The translations under genes were made by a program, and so were the position numbers. The notes beneath the pieces were generated by a model. That model saw only the letters and a list, made by a program, of their open reading frames with translations. It was not told the origin of the DNA and ran no database searches. From a virus (taxonomy: Duplodnaviria > Caudoviricetes), in IMG/VR virus record IMGVR_UViG_3300007734_000718, positions 1 to 50,400 of that record: DNA of 50,400 nt. The stretch is one strand, 5' to 3'. Shown here piece by piece: positions 9,666-18,725 of the stretch (positions within the stretch are counted from its first letter, which is position 1; the number at the start of each line of letters is the position of its first letter).

Positions 9666-10366
9666 GTATGACGCGAGCGCAGTTGACATCGATGGCGCGA
9701 GAGGTGGCTGATGCGGTGGGTTCCCCGCGTTGGTCGGATAGCACCATCCAGTCGTGGCTGGGGTTGGCGCAGTGGCAAGAGTTGGGCAACCTGCTCAACG
9801 CCAACCGCCAATACTACATGAACGTGGTGCAGCCGTACATGGATGCGGATGGACGGTTCTTGATGTCCGCGTTGACCACGGGAACCGGCGACAGCACGAA
9901 GAACTTTTATCGCGTGTTGACCATGAGCCAGCCGAACAACTCGGCGGCGACGGCGCAGGTCTATTACCGCAAAGTCAACTACGAAGAATATCCGAACCCC
10001 CAGCCCTCGACCTCCCTGCCATATGTGTGGTACGACTACGGGGACGAGATTCAGATTCTGCCGGCGGTGGGGGGATTGCAAATGAACGTGGTGTGCAACT
10101 ATCGCCCAGCGCGGGTCGATCAGTTGGTGGCGGATTCCTCCGTGGTGCCGTTTCCTGATGGCTATGAGTCCCTCCTGGCGTTGATGGCAGGGGCGCGGAT
10201 GCTGGACAAGGGCGGCGCGGAAGCCAATGCGGCGGCAATCTTGCGCGGGGAAGCCACGCAGATTCGGGAACAGATGTTGATGGACTTGGGTCGTCGGTCG
10301 TCGATGCCCATTATTGCCCGTGCCTTTGATGATCCCATGGGGTGGGGATCGGCGATGGCGGGCTAG
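9662..10366 (+). CDS. Putative head-tail adaptor protein
   Basis: 234 aa. 'MTRAQL...RWSDSTIQSWL' and 'PFPDGYESLLAL.A' are typical of podovirus adaptors; position fits. Confidence 0.65.
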   Translation: MSMTRAQLTSMAREVADAVGSPRWSDSTIQSWLGLAQWQELGNLLNANRQYYMNVVQPYMDADGRFLMSALTTGTGDSTKNFYRVLTMSQPNNSAATAQVYYRKVNYEEYPNPQPSTSLPYVWYDYGDEIQILPAVGGLQMNVVCNYRPARVDQLVADSSVVPFPDGYESLLALMAGARMLDKGGAEANAAAILRGEATQIREQMLMDLGRRSSMPIIARAFDDPMGWGSAMAG

Positions 10367-11901
10367 TGGCGGCGCGTCCGGTCGTACAAGACCGCAATAC
10401 GCGGTTTGACGGGGGGCTGAACATCTCAGCCGACCCGTCCCAGTTGGCACCCAATCAAGTGCGTCGGGCAGAGAACTGCCGCCTGACCGTGTTTGGGGGC
10501 ATTATCAAACGGTTGGGGAGTCGCAAGATTCACCCCACGGCGCTGCAAACGGCGTCGGTGGTCCGCGCAGGGTTTGCGTGGATCAAGGATGACGGCACCC
10601 AGCAGTTGTTAGCGGTTGCCGCCGGCAAGCTGCACACCGCCACTTACAGCTCGTCGGTCACTTGGGTGACGGTTAGCTCGACGGTCACGATGACCACCTC
10701 GGCGTACCCCAGCTTTGTGTCGTTTCGGGATGCCACCGAAGCCGTGGTGTATATCGCGGATGGCGGCAAGCTGATGAAGTGGAATGGCACCAACTTGACG
10801 CGCAGTACCAGTAGCCCCAACGTCACGTCGATTTGGCTCTACAATCAACGGTTGTATGGGGTGACGGGGACGGATGTCATCTTGCTGGTGTCGGGCATTA
10901 ACAACGGCGATGACCTTGGGGATGCCAGCTTGGATGGCGCCCAGTTCCCGATTATTACGTTTGGCGAGTCCTCGTTAGTCAACGGCGTCGCGTTGGGCGT
11001 AATGAACTTGTTGTTTCACAAGAACGGCATCAGCAAGTTCGTGGGCGTGACGCAAGACGATATTGCCATTCGGGCAGGCACCTTGGGCTTGTCGCCTGAC
11101 GTTGGCACCATTCAGCCCAAAAGCTTGCTGGCGACGGAAACGGAAGCCTATTTCCTGTCCGATCGCGGGTTTTATGCCGCCAATGCGTATGGCGTGCGCC
11201 GGATTAGCACCAACTTAGACCCCGACATCCTTGGGTTGTTTACCAACGCCAACAACTTGTGCGTGGTGCATAACCGCTTTTACCGCGAAGTCGCGTGGTA
11301 TCTGCCCAATGTCGGCTTTTACGTCTACAACTATCAAGCGCAAGCGTGGGTCGGACCGTGGAATAACGGGTATGTGTCCCCTGTCACGCATTGCGCGTGG
11401 CAAGCCGTGGATACCGCAACGAGCAAGCCGATTGTGTTGGTCGGGGATGCGGCGGGCTATGTCAAGCAGATGGACTACCCCAATACCTACAAAGACAACG
11501 TGGCGTCCACGGGATCGGGCGGCACCACGGTTACTATGACGGCGCAGTTGCGGCGGCTGTTTTTTGGCAACCCCGCCAGCACCAAAGCCCTGCGGTTCTT
11601 GTATGCCCTCACCAATCTGGGCGGGGCGACCAATACGGCGGTGGCGTGGTCAACGCAAACGTACAGTGGACAGACTAATCTGCCCCTGACGTCGGCGGGG
11701 GTATGGAACGCGACGGGCGCCACATGGAACAGTGGGGCTGTGTGGGGGGCATCGGGTAGTGATATGTTTCGGGTGCAGGCGGCAGGCAATGGAGAGTTTG
11801 TGGACATCTCGTTCACGGATTCCAGCACCAATGCCATCCCCCTGTTATCCGCGATGACGGCAGAAGCGTACGACTACGGTCAAGCGCACTCCTTCAACTA
11901 G
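10366..11901 (+). CDS. Putative tail nozzle / DNA stabilization protein (P22 gp10-like beta-propeller)
   Basis: N-terminal 'FDGGLN...LAPNQVRRAENC..G.I.KRLG' and 'AYFLSDRGFY'; follows the adaptor. GTG start overlaps the previous stop. Confidence 0.75.
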   Translation: MAARPVVQDRNTRFDGGLNISADPSQLAPNQVRRAENCRLTVFGGIIKRLGSRKIHPTALQTASVVRAGFAWIKDDGTQQLLAVAAGKLHTATYSSSVTWVTVSSTVTMTTSAYPSFVSFRDATEAVVYIADGGKLMKWNGTNLTRSTSSPNVTSIWLYNQRLYGVTGTDVILLVSGINNGDDLGDASLDGAQFPIITFGESSLVNGVALGVMNLLFHKNGISKFVGVTQDDIAIRAGTLGLSPDVGTIQPKSLLATETEAYFLSDRGFYAANAYGVRRISTNLDPDILGLFTNANNLCVVHNRFYREVAWYLPNVGFYVYNYQAQAWVGPWNNGYVSPVTHCAWQAVDTATSKPIVLVGDAAGYVKQMDYPNTYKDNVASTGSGGTTVTMTAQLRRLFFGNPASTKALRFLYALTNLGGATNTAVAWSTQTYSGQTNLPLTSAGVWNATGATWNSGAVWGASGSDMFRVQAAGNGEFVDISFTDSSTNAIPLLSAMTAEAYDYGQAHSFN

Positions 11902-11911
11902 AGACACACGG

Positions 11912-14080
11912 ATGACAACGGGACTCGTCGGACAAAATCAGATTGCGCCCTTTACATCGCCTATTCCCGGCGGTTCGCTGGATGCGACCGTGGTGTTGGG
12001 CAATGACAACAGCACCGTCACCAGTTATGACGCGCACGACAACGACAGCACGATTCATTTCCAATCGTCTACGTTAGCCAATCGTCCGCCTGCGAGTACG
12101 GCGGGACAGAAGTGGCTGACCACGGATGCGGCGGCTCGCTACCTCTACTACGATAGCGGATCGGCGTGGGTCGAAGTCAACTATTTCCGTGATTCGGGCG
12201 GCATTATTACGGGTGCCGTCACCATCTCGGACACGACCGAAAGCACCAGCACGACCACGGGCGCGTTGATTGTCAGTGGCGGCGTGGGCATTGCCAAGAA
12301 TGTGTTTATCGGCGGCACATTGAACGTGACGGGCGTTGCTACGTTCACGGCACAACCGATTGTGTCCACGTTGACGGCAAGCCTCGCGGTCTTTTCGGAT
12401 AGCGTCAAAGGGTTGGTCTCGAACGCGCTGACGGGGACGGGCAACGTCGTGATGAGTGCCAGCCCGACGTTGACGGGTACCATTGGCGCAGCATCGATGA
12501 CCTTGAGCGGGACGCTGGGCGTGACGGGCGTTGCTACGTTCACGGCACAACCGATTGTGTCGTCGCTGACCGCCTCGAAGCCCGTCTTTACCGATGCCTC
12601 CAAGGGGCTGGTCAGCACGGGAACGCTCGGCACGGATCAGGGCGGCACCAACCTGACGACCTACACAACGGGCGACATTCTCTACGCCAGCGCGACCAAC
12701 GTGCTAAGCAAGTTGGCGATTGGCACCACGGGGCAGCACTTGATTGTGACGGCGGGATTGCCGGCGTGGGGTACCGATACGGCACTCGGTACCGTCACCT
12801 CCGTCAGTTGGACGGGTGGGTTGGTGTCGGTGGCGACGGCGACCACAACGCCTGCCTTTACCGTGGCTGGCACCTCGGGTGGCATCCCGTACTTCTCCTC
12901 GGCGTCCACCTGGGCATCCTCCGCAGCGTTGACGCAGTATGGCATTGTGTATGGCGGCGGAGCGGGCGCAACGCCTGTGGCGACCGCCGCAGGCACGACG
13001 GGACAAGTGTTGACCGCCGTGACCAGTGGAGCGCCAGTCTGGAGTGCGACCTACGCGGGTACGGTTACGTCCGTCGGTTTTACGGGCGGCTTGATCTCCG
13101 TCGCGACCGCCACGACAACCCCCGCGCTGACCGTGGCGGGCACCTCGGGCGGCGTGGTGTATTTCTCTAGCGCCTCGACGTGGGCAAGTTCGGCGGCATT
13201 GACCGCCAGTGCGCTTGTCTTGGGCGGGGGCGCGGGTGCGGCTCCTGCCACGACCACGACGGGGACAGGCGTGGTGACGGCATTGGGCGTCAACGTCGGC
13301 ACAGCGGGCGCGTTTGTGGTCAACGGTGGCGCACTCGGCACGCCGTCCAGTGGTGCCGTGGCGGCCTCACTGATCACCGCTGGCACGTTCGGCACGGGGT
13401 CGTACACGTTCCCCGGTGCGCTGGCGATTACGGGCGCGTTCACGGGAGCCACGACGGGCGCGTTTAGTGGAAAGATAACGAGTACGGTCGGCAACAATGC
13501 GATTTATTTTGAGAGCGTATCGGCAACGACTGGATATCAATCTACGCAAATCAAGAATACTGGCGCGTGGATGATTCTGGGCATTGAAGGAAGCACGCCA
13601 TCAAGTCTTGTCACAAACGATACTGCATATTCAACGGTACTTGTCACGCAAAACGCTACTGACCTGATTCTCGGTACGAATCAGACGATGAACTTGAAAA
13701 TTGCCAGCGGTGGTGCCGCCACGTTCTCCAGCACCCTCGCCGTGACGGGAGCCGCCACGTTTTCCAGCACGGTGACGGCGACCAACTATACAACCATTCG
13801 CGCTACAGCAACGATTCCTGCGTCGAGTACGGCTACAATCTTGACGTTATCATCGTCGGTCACTGGCGTGTATATCGTCAACGCAAACTTCAACGGGCAA
13901 GGCAATAACGTGTACGGCGGTATGTTGATTGTCGTGGCAAATGCTGGCAGTTTCCGAATCATCACAAACGGTGGCGGCACAAGCAGTGTCTTGTCGTTGT
14001 CTGGCGCAAACGTCCAAATCGCCAACGCGATTGGTAGTGCGCTTGATGCAACGGGTACGGCTGTACTGATTGGCAACTAA
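11912..14080 (+). CDS. Tail fibre protein with internal repeats
   Basis: 722 aa, T/G/S/A-rich. 'STSTTTGALIVSGGVGIAKN' and 'GGTNLTTYTTGDILYASATNVLSKLAIGT' are fibre-like repeats; internal duplications present. Confidence 0.8.
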   Translation: MTTGLVGQNQIAPFTSPIPGGSLDATVVLGNDNSTVTSYDAHDNDSTIHFQSSTLANRPPASTAGQKWLTTDAAARYLYYDSGSAWVEVNYFRDSGGIITGAVTISDTTESTSTTTGALIVSGGVGIAKNVFIGGTLNVTGVATFTAQPIVSTLTASLAVFSDSVKGLVSNALTGTGNVVMSASPTLTGTIGAASMTLSGTLGVTGVATFTAQPIVSSLTASKPVFTDASKGLVSTGTLGTDQGGTNLTTYTTGDILYASATNVLSKLAIGTTGQHLIVTAGLPAWGTDTALGTVTSVSWTGGLVSVATATTTPAFTVAGTSGGIPYFSSASTWASSAALTQYGIVYGGGAGATPVATAAGTTGQVLTAVTSGAPVWSATYAGTVTSVGFTGGLISVATATTTPALTVAGTSGGVVYFSSASTWASSAALTASALVLGGGAGAAPATTTTGTGVVTALGVNVGTAGAFVVNGGALGTPSSGAVAASLITAGTFGTGSYTFPGALAITGAFTGATTGAFSGKITSTVGNNAIYFESVSATTGYQSTQIKNTGAWMILGIEGSTPSSLVTNDTAYSTVLVTQNATDLILGTNQTMNLKIASGGAATFSSTLAVTGAATFSSTVTATNYTTIRATATIPASSTATILTLSSSVTGVYIVNANFNGQGNNVYGGMLIVVANAGSFRIITNGGGTSSVLSLSGANVQIANAIGSALDATGTAVLIGN
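12325..12561 (+). repeat. 42-bp exact direct repeat in the tail fibre gene (12325-12366, 12520-12561)
   Basis: CGTGACGGGCGTTGCTACGTTCACGGCACAACCGATTGTGTC occurs twice, 195 bp apart, in frame. Confidence 0.85.
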
Positions 14081-14116
14081 CGCACCGCACATCACATCTT
14101 TTTGAGGAACTCAACA

Positions 14117-14365
14117 ATGCCAAAACAATATTTCAACTCGGCGGTCATTACCATCAATGACGAAATCATCGTCAACGTGACCAAAGTGTACGAAGATGGT
14201 GGTCAACTGAGCAACGGAATGTATTTGTCCGACGCCGCCCTGACCGCTCGCGCCGTGGCGGATGGGCGCACGACGTGGGACAACAGCGACCTGTACGCGC
14301 TCACGCCGTGCGAGCCGTGGCCGACCGCTGCGACGGTTCCTGAGCAGGTCGAGGACGCGGTCTAA
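14117..14365 (+). CDS. Small acidic protein, possible tail fibre assembly chaperone
   Basis: GAGG RBS; directly after the tail fibre gene. Confidence 0.55.
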   Translation: MPKQYFNSAVITINDEIIVNVTKVYEDGGQLSNGMYLSDAALTARAVADGRTTWDNSDLYALTPCEPWPTAATVPEQVEDAV

Positions 14366-14435
14366 CCGATGACGAGTCCCGTGGGAGGCGACGCACGGGT
14401 ATGCACGTATTTATATATTATGCAAGGAGATGTGT

Positions 14436-15251
14436 ATGTCGTGGCTGAGTAGCTTTGTCAATAACAACCGCAACTTTGCGGGGAACGCACTCAAGAATGT
14501 TGCGCCATTGCTGGCGTTGACGGGACTTGGTTCCATTCCCGCTGGCTATTTGCTTGCGGGAGGGGCAGGTGCGCTGGGACAAGGCATCAAGAAAGGCTCG
14601 AACATTGGGGACATTCTCCACGCTGGCGTTGATGCGGGGTCAATGGGCAGTGGCTTGCAGACTGGCGCAGGGATGCTTGCCAAGTCGGGGTTAGCGGGTG
14701 GGCAGTCTGCCGCCCTGCAACAGATGGCAAATCAGGGGTCGGGGATGGCGGGACTCAAGAATGCGTTTGCGCCAAGCTCGCAAGTGGCTGGCGCGGCCCC
14801 AAATATCGGCCCCGTGGGAATGGGCGGCGATATTGGCGCGCAATATCCGGGGCAATTGGGTGACCCCCGGATGGCTGACATTGCAAAAAGTGCGGGAATG
14901 GGCGGTGGCCCCGGCATTCAAACGGGGATGTCTTCGTTGAACCCCGCAATGGCTCCGGGCGTTGGGGCGTCGATGAAGGCTCCGCTTCCATCTTCGCTTA
15001 CCTTTCCAACACCATCGCCGTGGTACAAGCAAATAGGCGAAAACGCATTGAACAAAGCAATGCAAGACCCCCTTGACACTTTTGGGAACATTGCGTCGCT
15101 TCCATACAAGACACAACTCAATGACGCAAGTGTACGCAAATTGCAAGCTGGCGCAGATGTTGATGAAATGACGGCAGAGCAACTGCGCCAGCAAAAAGCC
15201 AATATGGATGCATTGCGAACCGCAATGACGGCTCGTTATAACAACCGCTAA
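14436..15251 (+). CDS. Putative DNA ejection/pilot protein
   Basis: AAGGAG RBS; Gly/Ala-rich hydrophobic N-terminal segment (APLLALTGLGSIPAGYLLAGGAGALG); position after tail genes. Confidence 0.6.
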   Translation: MSWLSSFVNNNRNFAGNALKNVAPLLALTGLGSIPAGYLLAGGAGALGQGIKKGSNIGDILHAGVDAGSMGSGLQTGAGMLAKSGLAGGQSAALQQMANQGSGMAGLKNAFAPSSQVAGAAPNIGPVGMGGDIGAQYPGQLGDPRMADIAKSAGMGGGPGIQTGMSSLNPAMAPGVGASMKAPLPSSLTFPTPSPWYKQIGENALNKAMQDPLDTFGNIASLPYKTQLNDASVRKLQAGADVDEMTAEQLRQQKANMDALRTAMTARYNNR

Positions 15252-15263
15252 CAGGACATTCCC

Positions 15264-17687
15264 GTGACCGCCCCAGCCGATTACAGCAATTTGTACAGCA
15301 GAACGCGCCGTCCTCGGTCGCCGCAAGGCGATGGGGCGTATGACGCTAACGGAATGGCCCAATCAACAGGTCAACAACAGGGTGGGGGGTACAACCCGCA
15401 AACGTCGCACCCACGCGCTCCGCAACAACAGGGACGGGGGTTTCAAGCGAATACCCCGCCGGGGCCGGGCAATGTAGGCGGGCCGCAAACGTTTTCGCAG
15501 ATGCAAGCGCAAGGGCAGGCGCGTCCGTTGCCCGCGCAACAAGCAGGCCCAAGCTCGCAGACACCGACGTATCAACCCAGCCAACAGCAAAACCAGTTGG
15601 GCAATCAGTTGCAACACGCCGTGTCGCAGACGCTTGCCGCGCCAACGCGCTATGATATGCCGCAAGTGCAACAGGTGCGTGATGCGTTGACCAATCAACT
15701 GCAAACGCAGTATGCAGGTCAGCAAAAGCAAATCAACGACCAGTTGGCAAGTCGCGGGTTGCTGTCGTCGTCGATTGCTGGCGGGTATTACGGCGATTTG
15801 GCGACCAATCAAGCAAATGCGCTAGCCGATATGAACGCCAAGTTGATTCAGGATGCGGCGGCTACCAATGCGGCAGACCGTTCCTCGGCGTTGGCATCTG
15901 GGCAAAACCTGTCCAACTCGCAGTCGGCACAAGGTATTGCGGGATACAATGCAAACCTTGCGGGGCAGAATCAGGCTCAACAGTTTGGCATCCAGCAAGG
16001 TGGTCTGACGGGAATGTATGGGGGGCAACAGACGCTGGCAGGACAAGCGCAAGCTCAACAGAACGCCGTACAGGTGGGCGGGCTGACCGGACAATATATG
16101 GCACCGGGGTCAACGGGCGCGGGGCAGAATACGCTGGGCGCTCAACAATTGTCGCAGAGTGGTCAGCAGTTTGCACAGAACCTTGCGTTGCAATCGCAGT
16201 TAGGGCAGGGCAATCTTGGCGTCGCGCAACAACAGGCCAACACGGGAGCCGCCGCACAGCAAGCGCAATCCCAGCAAGCGCAACAGCAATTGAACGCGCA
16301 AACTCAGCAGTTTGGGCAAACGTATATGTTGCAACAAGCCGCGCAAAACCTAAATGCTCAAGTGCAAACGGGGCAATTGTCGCTTGCTCAAGCGCAACAG
16401 CAACTGGCGCAATTGAGCAATAGCCAGCAATACGGACTGGCGCAGGGCAGTCAAGGCATTGCTCAACAACAAGCCAATACTCAACAACAACAAGTGACAG
16501 GACAGCTTGGGTTGGGCCAAGCACAATTGGCGCAATCGGGTCAACAGTTTCAACAAAACTTTGCGCAAAATGCGTCACAGTTTGGGCAGACGTATGCGTT
16601 GCAACAAGCCCAGCAAGACCTCAACAAACAAGTGCAAACGGGGCAGTTGACTATTGCACAGGCGCAACAAAAGCTGGCCGAACTATCCAATACGCAACAG
16701 TTTGGGTTGGCACAAGGCAGTCAAGGCATTGCGCAACAGCAAGCCAATACCGCAACTGCCGCGCAACAAGCGCAAGCACAATATCAGCAAGGACAGTTGG
16801 GCGTAGCAGAAAAGCAAGTGGCGCTTCAAGACGCGCAGTTCCAACAAAACTTTGCACAAAACGTCAGTCAGTTTGGACAGACGTATGCACTGCAAAAAGC
16901 CGCTTCTGACTTGCAAAACAAGGTGCAGTTGGGGCAACTCGACAACCAGACAGCGCAACAGGCGCTTGCCGAACTTTCGCAAAAAGCACAGGCGTCGCAG
17001 TTTACGTCGGGCCTCAATCAAAATCAAACGCAGTTTACGCAGAACCTGACGGCGCAACAACAACAAAACGCCGCGCAGAATGCAATGCAAGCCGGGTCAT
17101 TGACCGGGCTATATGCTGGGGTCACGGGGTATTCTGCGAATGGACAGCCGATTTATGGTACGCCATCAGCAACCCTTGCATCGCAACAACAAACCGCACA
17201 GAATGCGCTACAGGCGGGGTCGTTGACGGGCACATATGACGGCAAGCAAACGCTAGGCGCACAACAGTTGACGCAACAAGGTCAGCAAAATGCAATGAAT
17301 AACAACTTGTCGTTTATGCAATTGCTCAACAGCCCGACCGGGGCGCTTGCATCATCGACCAATTCAACATTTGCGCCCGATTTTATCGCGCAATTGTACA
17401 AGTCGCTGGGCATTGATACAACTGCCAAGGTCAAAAAGTCTGACAGTAATACAACGGGTACCACAACAACGAGTACCCCGAATGCTGGTACGAAGGGTAC
17501 TGGTAGCACTGAAACTGGCGCGGGCGATGAAATCTTCAACACGCGCAGGAATAATGTGGGCGAAGATACCAATCCCGCTAATTCTACGCAACCAGATTTG
17601 AGTCAGATGGGATTGACGCCAGAACAACTCGCGCAGTTGCAACGAATGCTAGGGATTGGCGACGCGCAAATGGCACCGGACTTCTAA
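15264..17687 (+). CDS. Gln-rich repetitive putative ejection (internal virion) protein
   Basis: 807 aa. 'QQINDQLASRGLLSSS' is an ejection-protein-like motif. Three long repeats begin QFGQTY[MA]LQ. Confidence 0.7.
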   Translation: MTAPADYSNLYSRTRRPRSPQGDGAYDANGMAQSTGQQQGGGYNPQTSHPRAPQQQGRGFQANTPPGPGNVGGPQTFSQMQAQGQARPLPAQQAGPSSQTPTYQPSQQQNQLGNQLQHAVSQTLAAPTRYDMPQVQQVRDALTNQLQTQYAGQQKQINDQLASRGLLSSSIAGGYYGDLATNQANALADMNAKLIQDAAATNAADRSSALASGQNLSNSQSAQGIAGYNANLAGQNQAQQFGIQQGGLTGMYGGQQTLAGQAQAQQNAVQVGGLTGQYMAPGSTGAGQNTLGAQQLSQSGQQFAQNLALQSQLGQGNLGVAQQQANTGAAAQQAQSQQAQQQLNAQTQQFGQTYMLQQAAQNLNAQVQTGQLSLAQAQQQLAQLSNSQQYGLAQGSQGIAQQQANTQQQQVTGQLGLGQAQLAQSGQQFQQNFAQNASQFGQTYALQQAQQDLNKQVQTGQLTIAQAQQKLAELSNTQQFGLAQGSQGIAQQQANTATAAQQAQAQYQQGQLGVAEKQVALQDAQFQQNFAQNVSQFGQTYALQKAASDLQNKVQLGQLDNQTAQQALAELSQKAQASQFTSGLNQNQTQFTQNLTAQQQQNAAQNAMQAGSLTGLYAGVTGYSANGQPIYGTPSATLASQQQTAQNALQAGSLTGTYDGKQTLGAQQLTQQGQQNAMNNNLSFMQLLNSPTGALASSTNSTFAPDFIAQLYKSLGIDTTAKVKKSDSNTTGTTTTSTPNAGTKGTGSTETGAGDEIFNTRRNNVGEDTNPANSTQPDLSQMGLTPEQLAQLQRMLGIGDAQMAPDF

Positions 17688-17699
17688 GGAGATATTACA

Positions 17700-18722
17700 A
17701 TGTCATTTGCAGGATTTGGCGCGGCCCTTGGCGATTTGTTTACAGGAATGTCGCAAGCTGACAAAGAACGCGAAAAAGTAAGACGCGCGCAACTAATGCA
17801 AGATGCTCAGATTAGCGACATTGGTTCGCAGGGGCGTGAGCGCGATGCAATGGCGGCGCAACGGCTGGCGCAAGCAAAACGCGATGAGCAACTGGCGTCT
17901 CCAGAGTTTGCCTCGCATCTTACTCGCGCTATTACGGACGGCAACGTTGACGATATAGCGTGGATAACACAACGCCGCCCAGAGCTTCTTTCAACCCTGA
18001 GCCGCAATCCCCCGACTCCCAAGTCGTTGCAATCCGCAGAGTTTATGCTTGGCAACAAAGCGGTAAAAGGATATTACGACGGTACAGTCGGCGGGTATTT
18101 TTACAACGGAGTTCGGGTTCCTAACCCCGGAGTAATCCCGCCATCTTCGGCGGGTGCGGATAATCTTGCAGAGTATCGTAAATTTGAAGTTGCCAAAGAT
18201 ATGCTTGCCAATGCAAATCGTAATGTCCCGCAACCCGGCAAGGCATTTCCTGCGGGGTATGGTTCTGGAAAACGAGAAATCAATGCTAAACTCTTGACGC
18301 CCGACCAAACCGCATTGGCAAGTTCCTTGCATATGCCAATTCCGCAAGCAAGTGAAAAAAATCCTATTGCGGTTATGCAAAACCCGCAATACGCAAAAGC
18401 CTTGCGCGATTCTTCTGCGTATGTCAACAGTCCGGCATACCAGAATGTACAAACAATGTATCAAAACGCGGCAATGAACGCGGCGGGGAATAACGCAGGT
18501 GGCGCTCCGCAAGCATTGCCAGCCGCCCCACCAGTCCTGCCAGCCGCCCGGCCTATGCCTCCGGTGCCGCAAAACAATCAGCAACAGCAAGCGCAACATT
18601 TAGATAAAGACCCCGGATTTGTCGCATTGGTAAATTCCCTCAGAGGAAAGCCTTATGCCGATATTGTTCGGGCAGTAACAGCGGCTGGTTATGATGTAAA
18701 CACTGGTCGAAGGAAACAATAA
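17700..18722 (+). CDS. Putative ejection protein
   Basis: AAGGAG RBS; 'MSFAGFGAALGDLFTGMSQA' N-terminus followed by coiled coil. Confidence 0.6.
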   Translation: MSFAGFGAALGDLFTGMSQADKEREKVRRAQLMQDAQISDIGSQGRERDAMAAQRLAQAKRDEQLASPEFASHLTRAITDGNVDDIAWITQRRPELLSTLSRNPPTPKSLQSAEFMLGNKAVKGYYDGTVGGYFYNGVRVPNPGVIPPSSAGADNLAEYRKFEVAKDMLANANRNVPQPGKAFPAGYGSGKREINAKLLTPDQTALASSLHMPIPQASEKNPIAVMQNPQYAKALRDSSAYVNSPAYQNVQTMYQNAAMNAAGNNAGGAPQALPAAPPVLPAARPMPPVPQNNQQQQAQHLDKDPGFVALVNSLRGKPYADIVRAVTAAGYDVNTGRRKQ

Positions 18723-18725
18723 ACA

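Noticed and set aside
11912-14365. Diversity-generating retroelement or invertible tail-fibre cassette
   Set aside because: No reverse transcriptase or invertase in the window. The repeats are direct, in frame and lack adenine-specific mismatches.
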